From contig RBNJ01000171.1 in the NCBI GenBank assembly GCA_003990765.1, positions 1-38,004 on the forward strand: 38,004 nucleotides of DNA. The letters run 5' to 3'. Source of the DNA: Jimgerdemannia flammicorona (lineage: Eukaryota). The first letter of the stretch is position 1. The number at the start of each line of letters is the position of its first letter. Positions 1 to 12,010 of the stretch are shown here, in pieces. A model generated the notes under the pieces. It was not told the DNA's origin, ran no database searches, and saw nothing but the letters and a program-made list of their open reading frames with translations. A program made the position numbers and the translations under genes.

Positions 1-22
1 TATTTAACACTTTTTTTTATAG

Positions 23-720
23 CGTCGATTTTATAGAGTTATCGTGCGATATGCTTTTATGGATTGGGGGTAATAATACCCCCGCTAGCCACACTTCCTT
101 CTTTCGAATGTGGTAGTAGTATTATAATGATTACTCGTCTCCTTCTCTCGTCAAATTATCCTGATGCCAAATGTCATTTCCTATATGCGTCACTCTTATT
201 ACAGTTGCGTCAAATTGAATAGTGAATCCTCTTATGCCATTCTGAATTATCTCGTGGCAGAGCTAGAGGTAATGTAATTGCTCGTTTATTTAAGATATTG
301 TATTTCAAAAATGCCGTCACTTGCATTAATCCACGAATTTATTTTAGGTGTGCATCGACATCATTCCTATCGAGCAAAGGATGTGTGGAAATGTACGTTT
401 ATACCTCGTGGCTGCAACAAATATTTATAGAAGATAGTTCATACTTTATCCACAAAGGTAAGAATGGATACGGTTTGTTCGATTTCTCAATGGAAAAAAT
501 TGCGACATGGGTTCAAAATTGGCAAGAATTTTTGTAAGGGTATCGCACAGAATTTAGTACAGCTGGAAGCTGCTCTGGTATGTAGGAATTTTCGTCTTTT
601 CTCTCTCTCTCTCTCTCTTTCTCTTTTTATTTTATTTTATTTTATTTTTACAAATTTGAACTTATCCTACAAACACAATTTTAGGAGAACTCGGCATCGT
701 CACAAATGTATTTTTGGTGA
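23..720 (+). CDS. 3' part of a spliced gene of unknown function (exons 23-112, 205-268, 348-392, 431-577, 685-720)
   Basis: Five exons with GT-AG boundaries join in one open frame: VDFIELSCDMLLWIGG...CVKLNSESSYAILNYLVAELE/VCIDIIPIEQRMCGN/KIVHTLSTK...LEAAL/ENSASSQMYFW*. No recognisable domain. Confidence 0.55.
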
Positions 721-1276
721 ATGCACGCTAGGTAATAATGAAAATCCTACTCTCAAACTGTTTCGTCATGACAATATAGAGGTGGGTGAGGGTAAAAAAA
801 TTCTTGATCATATTGCGCAGCATCTGGAGTGGAAGATTTGATATAGCATGTTTTATCTCTTTTATATACAATAAAAATTATGATAGTTGTATAGATAACA
901 TTGGAGTAGAGGGCAGCAGCATGCTGAAAAAAGAAAAGAAAAAATATATATATATGAAAGGAGCAAGTGTATAGGAAAGGGATGATTAGAACATCGCTTC
1001 CGAGCGGGAGGTATGTGGATACAAGCCACATCGTATTGCGATTGGCTACTTGATCATGATCATGTGTATTGGCCGCCCGATCCGCAGCAGCACCGCAGCA
1101 ACTCTCCCCTCTATCCTTTCGTAACAAGTCACCTTTGAAACACCGTCTCGTACTTGCGTCGACCATATATAACCATATATAATATAGATAGCTCAGTTGG
1201 TAAGGTCGTTCACGTGCTTTCCTTTGTACCTGTCCGTTACTATAAAGCTTATGCATCTTTGCCGCATTTCCATACA

Positions 1277-1360
1277 CTGTCGTCTGCTGTGTCGTCTGCT
1301 GTGTCGTCTGCTGTGTCTTTGTCGTCTACTGTGTCTTTGTCGTCTACTGTGTTTCGCTGT
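1277..1360. repeat. Minisatellite of 12-bp (ctgtgtcgtctg) and 18-bp (ctgtgtctttgtcgtcta) units; degenerate tgtcg-rich sequence continues to ~1510
   Basis: Directly visible tandem units; they explain the low-complexity ORFs at 1154-1525. Confidence 0.85.
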
Positions 1361-1906
1361 CGCATCGTCATCTACACCTGCCACGTTCTCTCATTGGTCT
1401 TGCCGTGTTTTCACTTGACCGTACATTGGCCATCTGTCCGTTTTTGCCTGTCGTGTTCTCCTACAATGGCCATCTGTCGCGTTTTGCCTGTCGTGTCCGC
1501 TACGTTTCCCGTATCCTCTTGGTAGTCGAAACAGTATGCTTGCCGAAATTGCCAAAAAGATGCTTACCGAAGTTGTGGATAGTGAGTGATGTTGCGTTTC
1601 TTTGCTCGGGGTTGTGTAGGGGGGCTATGCATAGTGGTACTTGTGTTTCACGCTGTGGTCTCTACCTGCATATATGCGTATTGTGTGTAAACGTGGGATT
1701 TGTGGAAAGTAAACCGATCTGGAAACCAAAACCCCCTGCTCCATGCAATCTTCCTTTGAAAATTTGACCCACATTCGATAATAACACGCCAATTTTATAA
1801 TCATCATGCGAAGCAGGCCACCTTTTAGACTTGTTTTTTCTGATGATATCGGCTTATGAACACATATAATATATAATGCCATTAACTAATATTAACACGT
1901 TCACAG

Positions 1907-3641
1907 GATCAGAAGACCAGAGGTCGGTCTCATCGCCCACACCAGGTAAGTTAATGAAGCTTAAAATAAAGGATGCTACGAATTTTTACATTGGACAACT
2001 TTCGCCTTCTTCCCCCGCATCTATAATCAGCCCCTACGGTTGTCGTCCCAAGTGACAAACAGAGACAGAACTACCAAGGCTCTTTAAAGCGAAAACGACA
2101 GCCAGAAGAAGGTCCAACCGATAGAGACCGGCCTATTCGAGACCCCGCACCTGGTAAGTTACCTGCCTTTGTCCAACCAGTGTATGAAGCTTAAAATAAA
2201 GGATGCTACGAATTTTTACATTGGACAATTTTTCGCCTTCCTCCCCCGCACCCATAATTAGTCCCTACAGAGGTGAGCGAGGTTGTCCCAAGTGACAAAC
2301 AGAAGCATCATCGCCGAACCTTTTTAAAGCCAGAAGGTTCAAAGGCGGAATCTGAGCCAACCGATAGAGGCCTCATTCGATCACCGATCGCCAATTTCAA
2401 CCCCAAGAAGTTTGCCCGCCTATTGGAGACCCGTTAAAAAAAGATCGGTCACGTCCATGATCGATATGAGGGAGAAAGTTTTCCATGCGATTTTTGAAAT
2501 CCTTCTGGATCAACCTGATCTCGTTATATCCGAACTTCGCCTTTCGGAGAATGGCAAGTCGCGTTATCCGGATATATGTATTGTCTCAGACAAAGAGATA
2601 ATCGTTATTGAGATTAAATACATAACATTGGTAAGCCTTTTAAAGGGGGGGAAAGAAGACAGTTCCATTGCGGAGTTCGATAGGAGCCTACAAACTGAAG
2701 ATAAGGAATCTCTGCTAGCTAGAAATTATTACGAGATGAAGATGAAGAAAACTAGCGACAATATGGAGGAGGCAATAAAGCAGCTGCGGATGTATATGAA
2801 TTTGATAGTAGGGGGCAAAGTTGCGGATAGTCGGGCAAAATCCTACAAGGCTACCCGTAAACTGGAGGTGAAGGGTTTTGTCATCATGGGGCTTGGCCGC
2901 CGCGTCCTGTGGCGTCCCATTAAAGTGCTTTCTACCACTTATCGAATCGAAGCATCATGCTTGTTTCAGGAACAAATTTCGACGCTGTTTGAAAAAAACC
3001 CGAGCCTGTTTAATTTAAAGCGAAAGTCACGGCCAGAAGATGGAATCGATCTTCCAAAGTCAGCATCAGAGCCTACCAATAGAAACCTCATCCACCTATT
3101 GGAAACCTATTTAGAAACCAAGTCATACAGGTGCATTGAGGTTATGAACGGTAGCGTTCTCCGCGCTATTGTCGAAGAGGTTGCACAAGATCTTCCTATG
3201 CCACAACACAGCCATACGAAAGATCAGTGGCGTCCGAATATATTTATTACCTGGGACGAACCGTCTTTGGGCAAGATGATTGAGTTAGAATGTCCAACAT
3301 TGGAAGACCTTCTAATGGGGGATCCCGACGGTCGTCGCAAATATGGCAATAGAGGAGATAAGCAAAAGGAGAATTTCGACGAGAAGCTACGAACGGAAGA
3401 TGAGGAGTCTCTGCGAGCCAGAAATTATTACGATAAGCCCGGCGTGCAGAATATTAGCGACAAGATGAAGGGGGCAAAGAATAAGCTGTCGGAGTATATG
3501 GCTTCGATAGTAAGTGGCGCAGTTAGGGATGAGCGAGTAATCGGCAAGGTTCCAGATAAACTGGAGGGGTATGTGATAATGGTGGTGGGCCGCCATGTCC
3601 TGTGGGAAAAAGTTTCCGATCAAAGGCAGGCGACTAGTTAA
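1907..3641 (+). CDS. Protein with two tandem PD-(D/E)XK (restriction-endonuclease-fold, DUF1703-like) domains; spliced 5' exons 1907-1945, 2031-2153 and 2262 onward; frameshift near 2435, so possibly a pseudogene
   Basis: Domain 1 reads RYPDICIV..IIVIEIKYITL...GFVIMGLGRRVLW and domain 2 reads WRPNIFI..MIELECPTL...GYVIMVVGRHVLW. Both share the TEDxESLxARNYY and LxxYMxxIVxGxVxDxR motifs. Upstream exons have gtaagt donors. Confidence 0.75.
1954..2380 (+). repeat. Tandem duplication of an intron+exon unit (~1954-2140 and ~2184-2380)
   Basis: atgaagcttaaaataaaggatgctacgaatttttacattggacaa occurs twice, as do gtcccaagtgacaaacaga and ccaaccgatagag. Confidence 0.9.
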
Positions 3642-5055
3642 AAGCTAAAATTTTAGAATACCCCTGTCGCGAGGAACACGTCAGTTATATTTATCATAGG
3701 GTGGTGTGGCTTCTGGCCGCATATTTAGTGTTATATTATCATTATATATAAATATATAAATATATTCTTAACTTGTGCATGTTTTTATGATTGTTCTGGA
3801 CTGGGCGAAATTGGTTTGTCGGCCTGTGTTACAATGTGTCAGCGGACGGGAGCAATAAAAAAAAAAAACTTGCAAAGCAGTTCGTTGACGAAATTCAATT
3901 TATTTATTTATTCAAAAGAAATGTGTTTACAAAAAAAAAAATGAGGTGCCGTAAGTGCATGGCTTTTGCGACCGATGATGGTTATCAAAATAATTTGCGA
4001 CAATCAATTTGCTGAGCCACCGCGCCTATGTCATCAAAATCAATATGGTGGCGCAGCGCGTCCTTCTGTAAATAAAGTCCGTTCAGTTATGTCAGAAATG
4101 GGGTAAAAAACTCTGACCATATGGGCCAAACTCCGCAAGAGGCTCAACATTGCCATCAACTTTAGAGAGTGGGAGAATGATGGATACGATAAATATGCTC
4201 AAATTGCCGCACTCACATAATTCGATGCGCCGACGTGGAGCCAGTGTCAAGGCCGATATTGGAGACTGATCTCAGACGTCAAAATTAAATCCAAAGGCGA
4301 CAATGGCTTCAGTTATGACTGACACATTTGCAAAGATAAAAAAGTAAATGAGAAATGTTACACCATATTTCCCCCACTTGCATTTTAAAAAATTCAGCAA
4401 CCAAACTATAATATCTATACTGTAAAGAACTTCAAATGCAATTATAAGCAAAATCTCTTTATTCTTAAAAAATTCAAACGTCCGCCCATAATCTGGACTC
4501 CCCGACTTTTGGAGAGTAAGCAAGCAACTGGTGTAAGAAATAATTTAATGTGGATTGTGTGGCGTTGGGAAGCGAAAACCAATCATAACTACTAAGGTCT
4601 GTATAGTTGTATATTTTTTATTTTTTATTTTTATTTTTATTATTTTTTTTTCAGATATATATATTCTTTTCTTTGCATCCTCAATGTCCGCAAACAATCT
4701 CTTCAGTATGATCCTTCGTGAACACTCTGAGTGCAAACGGCCCAAAGTAATCTTTCCAGTTTTGTCCATTTACTATCCCTGAGCACCTTTTGATGCAGAT
4801 TAAATGATAGAATGTGGCTTCCAACTGTAGATGATAAATAATTTCTATTTAGAATAATAAGTTTCATTTTATTATTTTTAAAGAATTTATTAGATTAGAA
4901 ATGATAATAAATCAAATCAGTCTTTTGATTTAATTTAAGAAATAATAACAGATATGAATTGATTCAAACAAATGGCCACGTGACCATTCTCGATCTGGAA
5001 CCAGAGACACGGAACCAGTCCGACAGCCTCTTCCTCTCTCTCTCCCACGCCCATC

Positions 5056-6405
5056 ATGTCGGTAACTGACGACCAGTACTTGGCTGACGACAGCATGGAC
5101 CCCTCTGACGCTGACTCTCCCGTCTCCTCTGCTCCCGCCACCGGCACATCTTCTCCTCTCTTCAAGTCGGACACTGAGCTGTCCGCCAAAGCCGCCGGGA
5201 AGAGAACCGCGACCGCAATGCTGGGAGGTAAGTGTGTTGTAACTTTTGGAGGCGGAGTTCGTAGAAAATAAGCTCTTTGTACGATTTATTCTCCTTTCCG
5301 CTCGTCCTTTTTCATGGCTTAGTCGAATACCCGAACGAGGATTCCCGTCGCCGTCGCTCTCGGGTTTACGACGACGACGAGACTCCCGGCGGAGACGAGG
5401 AGGAGGACGACCTGCCAAGGAGGAGGTACACGGGCTCGAGCAGCGTATGTGTGAGACTTAGTTTGAATCACCATGTCGGTTTGGTGTTACGGGAGATAAA
5501 ATTTGTTTGCTTGAGGACGGAATTTCGCAACTTGGACCGATGAAGGGATGACATTGTGGGCCGTGGTATGATTGGGTTGCGGTATTACATTTCGAATTCT
5601 GAGATGACAAATTCGACATTTTGCATCCCTCACCCTCCCTTCCTCCCGCTGCTTCTTTTCATCGCTGTATTTGCAACTCTCAAAATAGACGGCTGCGGAG
5701 GCCGACGGAGAGTCCGTTGACGAGGATGAGGAGCTCGGTACGTAAGCTCGTTGCAGAAATTTGATCATTGTCGTTGAAAATGTGGGGCTTGCGAAACCAA
5801 AACGCAAGCCACTTTGCCAGCGAGAGCAGTTTGCTCATGGCATATTATCTAACCATACATATACAAATTTTCCTCCTCTCCGCCCTCCCACCTATAAATT
5901 CTCACTCGCAGAGAACGACCTCGCCGGTCTCGACACCCGCGATATCATCTGGACTGGCGGCCGTACTCGCGGAAAAGTGATCGATTTCACGGCTGTGGTG
6001 CTCGAAGACGGGCTGTCTGACGACGACGACGACGATGATGATGATGCCGGTGCAGCAGTCGAAGAGGAGGGTGAGGACGGTGACGATGACGATGACGATG
6101 ACGAAGATGAAGAGGAGGTGGTGGAGGATGGTGAAGGGGAGAGCAAAGTAGGCGGCGAAGAGGTTGAGGAGGAGGGAGGAGTCGAGGCTGACGCCGACGC
6201 TGACGCTGATACAGATGACGAACAGGTTGAGGGTCAGGGTGCGGAAGAAAAACTCGAAGAGAAGGAGGATGTGGATAGGGGGGAAGCGCTGGAGGTCACA
6301 GGGGGAGACGTAGTTGACGAAGGGGAGGACGAGGTTGGCGAAGAGGAGGACGAGGTTGACGAAGAGGAGGACGAGGTTGACGAGGAGGATAGCGAGGACG
6401 AGTAA
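5056..6405 (+). CDS. CHZ1: Histone H2A.Z chaperone Chz1-like protein (CHZ motif, long acidic tail); exons 5056-5227, 5323-5444, 5689-5737, 5912-6405
   Basis: The GT-AG introns keep frame. The motif ENDLAGLDTRDIIWTGGRTRGKVIDF matches the Chz1 CHZ motif (DDLAEIDTSNII-SGRRTRGKVIDY) and is followed by a D/E-rich tract. Confidence 0.85.
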
Positions 6406-8704
6406 TTGGGTAGTCGGGTATTTGTACATAAGCGACCTGTGTCGTTAAGCGTACGGAGGGAACCAGTGGGGGATGGCGCTCGAGGATGTCTCGCATCGTA
6501 ATATGATTTGTGCAGGCGACGAGGTCTTCCGTCACCGCAGACGGTGGGGATCAGTCACAGATCGAGGCTTCGGGAGATGATATTATGGAGGTAGCATAGA
6601 TTTTGTTTGGATTTACTCGTGTTTTTATTTCTCTTTGGCGTTTTTGCGATGTTTCTTGATGGTTTAGGCGCATGGTTTGCGTAATTTTTTTTTTTTTTTT
6701 TTGTTGTTATGCAGGGGTAGATGGGGGTAGATGAAGAGTCAGGTGTGGAGTTGTCACCGTATAATAGTAATATAATGACGAATTTTCTGCATTGATGTGT
6801 AATCGTGGTTCAATTATACTGAAATAATATTATTTCATTTCATGCCCTCATAACTTCAGCAAGTCGACCCTGTCCGTGCAAATCCCAGTCGAGTAGCGAT
6901 CACGTGTGGCATTTTACGCACGCGGACTTTGTTACACACTGACGGTACGCCCTGAGTTCTCGTGTCTCTTTGCCGAGGTGGCTTGGGAATGGTTGTAGTT
7001 GTGGATGGGTTAAGGCAGTGACGAGGAATGGTTATGGAACAAACGGGGTCGGGTGGATAAGTTGGGAGTATGCACATTGCACATTTCTCATTTTCCAATA
7101 TATGCCAGTATCAATCTCGATCCACCCCTACCAGCCTCGTCGTTGTGCGTACCCGATATCCAGATAATTTTTGCGCGACAACCCAAGGTAGGTTGAGTAC
7201 GTCCATACGGAGCGTAAGATAAAATGTGGGAATTGGAAAGTAGGGGGAAAGGGTGCGTTTGACGAATGCTCGGAAGATGTCTTTCTGGCCACATGAATGA
7301 TTGGTGTGATATTGCCTCCATTGATGATACTCACCTTGTTCACAAAGCTCGGTTATCATGCCGAGCGAATTTACATTTCGATATTATTTTCTTTCAACGC
7401 TCTCACAGGTATGTATATGCCGTAGGGATAAGGGAGGAAAATGAGGTATGTTAATCTCATCCGGTTTGCTCCCTCACGCTTTCCTCCCTTTTTATATGGG
7501 GCGTTAAGCATGGGTGTATTTTTTCTTTGTCGAACTTTGTTTCTATTATAATAGTCATTTTATCGCTCAAAACTCACGCTCTCCAGTGACTGCTAATCAG
7601 TGTTTGGGGAATAGGATTCTGACAGTCGTGAGACAGTCCGAAGGCAGGTATTTACTTTTTGTTGTCCCTTCCTTCGTACTCATCTTCTAGGGCTAGACAG
7701 TAAATCAATACTTGATTCGTGTTAATGGATCAAAAAGCACGTGCGAAAAAAATCGATGCCTCTGTCGGGATGATGTCTATGTTATATTTTTATCTCTTCT
7801 CTTGCGTTCGGTCCAGAAGACGATGGCAAGGTTAACTCCAAATCACCCGTCCCCGATTTTAACCTTTCGGGCGGGTACGGTCACCTAGAGACAATTCAGA
7901 GGGCAGAGTGTTGGGTTACTCACAAAGAGCATATTACTGACTTTTTGGTACGATATATTTTCTTGCAGGTAGTGGTTTGGATGTCACGCTAATGCAAAGG
8001 TAGTTGAAAACTCGGTTTGGGGATTGAGATAAAACGTCTATCCTTATCCTTGTTCATCGCGACGTGATGGTTGGGATGTTCGCAACGCACTTCTATTTAT
8101 TTGCCCTCTTTTCCTTTTACCGCCACCTCCTGGAAAACTCAACTCGACTCTTCATACCTACAGTTTTTGCAGGAAACCACTGCGGTCGAGAATTATATAG
8201 TTCTGAGCAGGATGGGAGAGGCGGCATGGTATAGGAATCAAGGCGAGTGATGCAAATCGTGCTGGGACGGGACGGGAGTCAATGCGAGGTATGCGAGGTA
8301 TGCGATGTGTGCACATGAAGGTGGGGTGGGAGAGGGTATGTATACGAAGCGGGGACAAAGTATACCTCTAACGCATAACAAGAGGAGAGGACGCGACAGT
8401 ATATCTACTGTTTTTCCCCTTCCTATGCATTCCGGCCTAATAACGAAAAGTGTTCATCTCACAGCTCATCTCGATATCCACGAATCTCGAATCCATGTGT
8501 GGGTGTTGTGCGCTTTCGGCAAGATGGGAATACAAGTTTCATTTTTTTCATTGGGCCATACGTGTCCCGTCTTCCAAATGATACCGCGCCATTCGCTGTC
8601 GTTGGTGAGTAACTCGTATGCATCAATGACTTCAACATTGAATAATTTGATACTTCTGAATAGAACGAACAGAGGTACACGAGTGATGTGGTTGTGGCGG
8701 GTTA

Positions 8705-8739
<35 letters not shown>

Positions 8740-11399
8740 GCAGGCGTTTCTCGAACGTTTTTCGGACGATTTCCATTTACCGATAGCTAATCATCTATGT
8801 GACTAGCCCTTGTACAGGCTTTGCCCTGATATGATGAGGGCCGATGTTTTGCATGCAATTTGGTCAATAAACGCATTTTAATGAGATTCGCTGCCTGCTG
8901 GTTCTTTGCCCTCGTTTCATCTGATATACGGTTGGGAACATATTGTCATTGCATAATGTTGCGTAACATGGCGTGATCGTGATTTACCGTTTCCAGCTTC
9001 ATTTCGGAGATGCAATTATTACTAGTCTCGTGCAGATACACCATGGTGATCGCTCATGTATCCGCCAATGATTGCCTCAACGGCCATTTTTGACCATCAT
9101 CGATTATTTACGGAAGACAACCGAGCCCGCCACACTCGCACAGGTACAGGTGTCACACATCTGCATTTCCAAAGTTCATTGTGTTACCCGCAATGGATCG
9201 CTCCACAGTCACAGAAGAGGTCCTGCAAGGCTGTAGCGTCGGGTAATCTGGTGTTTGTATATTAGGCGATCGACATTCATTAGGTGGAACATGGCAAAGT
9301 GGCTGATAGAGCTCGTTCTACCCTGAATGTCGGTGGGCATGTGCTCGGACATCGGAACTGGACTGATGTCTGCGACGGGATCGAGTCATGGACACGTCAT
9401 TGGCTTCTACGCGCGTATCGTATCTGCTAACCGAGATTATGCAGTTCGTCCGATCACTATTGTATTATTCGCAAAATGTACCAAGCGTCCATTTCGGGCT
9501 ACTTGTCGTGTCCCTGATTCTGAACAAGCCAGATCGGGTCGGGTCGGGTTGCCATTGAGCCATCTTATCTGGTGAACTAACGATGCGATTTTCCCGTTTT
9601 ACGGAAAGGTTGCCTTTCTATTAGGTACCCTCAAAGCAACAGTGACATGAAAACCGTCCCGAAGCCAACACGGTGTTCAGTGGTGATGCCAAGGTATTCT
9701 GCCCTGTCCGAGACTGTGTTGTCCATGTAGAAGTTTGGGTAACGATGGTGCAGGGGCGCGCATTTCGCTCCAATACCTCCCGCTATGGTATTGATTATCT
9801 GCCGCGTCGTTACTGCCTGCGGGCCGCGCTTCCGGCATGGCTTATCTTTGCTCGTTTGTTATCGTCGTTCCCTTGTAGAGCGGGTTTTTAAAGGTCAGCG
9901 AATAAAATCGTGATGGCGTTTGGGAACTGCTTCGATTTCACGGAGATGTCTTAGTAGTCGTGATTGTATTTTTATTTTATTTTATTTTATTTTTTTCGAT
10001 TGGGTAATGCATTTTCGGTATTCATAATTCTCTTGTCGCGAAAATAAATGGGATATGCAGGGTCCGAAATGCTTGTAAATTTTTGAGGTCTAGGATTTGT
10101 TATGTACTGGTGGGCAAAAAAGAGCAAAAACTTTACGTAGCTCCAGACTAAAGTAACTATATATATCGAATATTTCTGCATAGAAAGAAAAATCCGTCTT
10201 TGTAGGACTTTCGAAACTAGAGATAAGGAGGTAAGGTTGTAAACAATGCAACCTACGATAAGGACTTCGGTCCGAAAGATTTCATAAGCCATCTAAATAA
10301 GTGCGATCGCTCGAATACCCCAATAGACCAATGAGATAGCAATATCCCGCCGAGGTTTTTTTTTTTTTTTTTTTTTATTTTTTTTATTTGTCGTCGTGTT
10401 ATACATTATTTGACCGTGTCCCTTTTGGTTATGTTTACAGCTATTTCCACTGTACCTAAGGGAAACGGCGAGGATCTGCGTTATTGAAAGAGGGGTAGAC
10501 ATCACCTATTTGGACGAATGTACACCGTGAGGGTCTCTTTGTTCGTTCTCCCAGCACAGCAAAAGAGTTCGTGTGGACAAAAGGTTCCGATGCGCAGGAG
10601 ATCAATTTGATTCGATTCCACCGTTTCGGCCCGAACTCCGCGCGCACACGCCGTGGGTTTGAAAATTCTAGACTCCGCTGTTCCCGCTTCCAAGGGGGTG
10701 GGTATAAAGTGTAACCGGGTCAGACACGGTAACGGGTTGCATGAACTACCGAGGGTTCAACGATCAGTCAGGGTGGGCTAAAATATCAGTAATAGAGCAT
10801 GTATTGTAAACGGAGCGGCATATGTGCGGGCTCATTTCTAATTCGTTGACATTGGTGAGAACTTATCCTAAATGGACACAAACAATGCTAGCTCATCATC
10901 GGACCCTCTGTATCCTTGACTAGGATTTATGCGATCGGCGCTTACAAACGGATTTAAGAGCGATCCTCACACAAAGCTCCTTTTGGATAATCCCTTAGCG
11001 ATACCAAAAACAGACCACAACCCTCACAATGACTACCGAAGAGGAGAGTCCGTCTCATACAAATATCGCCGTTTCCACGAATGACCACTACATAGCTGCT
11101 CTCGATACCGCCCTCGATATAGAATTGCAAAGTAGAAGACAAGAATACCGAAATTACTTGACTATACACTTCTATTTATAAGTGAAAGGACCTCAAGAAT
11201 ACAAACGACAACAATAATCAAGTGACCTATCATATTAGTGACCACCCAAAAGGAAAGTACATCATCCGTTCATCTCTATTCTCTTCTATGCTTATTTTAT
11301 GTTTGAGGATTGCTTTTTAAGTGACTGTAATTATGAGGGGGTTTTTTTTGTATTATTACTCTTTATTATAACAATAAAATAAAATAGTGCCCACCACTC

Positions 11400-12010
11400 T
11401 ATACTACTCTAATATTTTGCACCCTCTAATCAAACTACTTCTCTATATCCTCAAATACCTCCTCTACCCAAATCTCACTTCCATCTTTACTCTATCTTCA
11501 TATCTATAACCTGAATCCTCTACATCTACCTCTATAACCCAAATCACCCACTTCTATCTCTATCATCTGAATATCCCACCTTTACCTCTACCATCCAAAT
11601 CTCTCACTTCTATCTCTACTATTTAAATTCTCTATCTCTATCTCTATTACTTAAATCTTCTATCTTTACCTTCTTCATCCAAATTCTCCACCTTCTCTAT
11701 TCAAATTTTCTACCTTCTCTATTTAAATTCCTCACCTCCTCTACTCAAATTCTCTATCTCTACCTCCTTCACCTTCTCTATCTCCTCTACCTAAAGCTCT
11801 ACCTCTCAAATGCCCCACCTTCACCTATCTGAATTCTCCACCTCTATCTTTACCATCTAAATTCTATATCTAAATCTCCTTTACCCAAATCCCTCACCTC
11901 CACCTCCTCTACCTAAACCTCCATCTCAATCTTCTTTACCCAAATCTTCATCTTTACTTCCTCCATCCAAACCCCCACCTCCATATATATGTCTTCACTA
12001 CTAAATTCAG
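11400..12010 (-). repeat. Degenerate low-complexity tract encoding an eroded (GGGGF/L)n Gly-rich sequence on the minus strand
   Basis: The plus strand is pyrimidine-rich with recurring acctc/ccaaa units. The minus strand reads YGGGGLDGGSKDEDLGKED*DGGLGRGGGGEGFG*. Confidence 0.6.

Noticed and set aside
1186..1260. tagctcagttggta looks like a tRNA D-arm
   Set aside because: No anticodon arm, T-arm or B-box follows; it could equally be a micro-exon (ag|CTCAGTTG|gtaagg).
4272..4782. Short ORFs that might be a transposase or gene remnant
   Set aside because: No recognisable motif and no consistent splice model.
5892..6535. Minus-strand Ser-rich and hydrophobic ORFs
   Set aside because: Antisense shadows of the acidic CHZ1 tail.
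10540..10635. ttcgattccaccgtttcggc resembles the 3' end of tRNA-Sec
   Set aside because: The T-stem does not pair (tttga versus ccacc), and there is no TCA anticodon arm or matching acceptor stem upstream.
11029..11181. 50-aa ORF MTTEEESPSH...
   Set aside because: Short, with no motif and no supported upstream exon.
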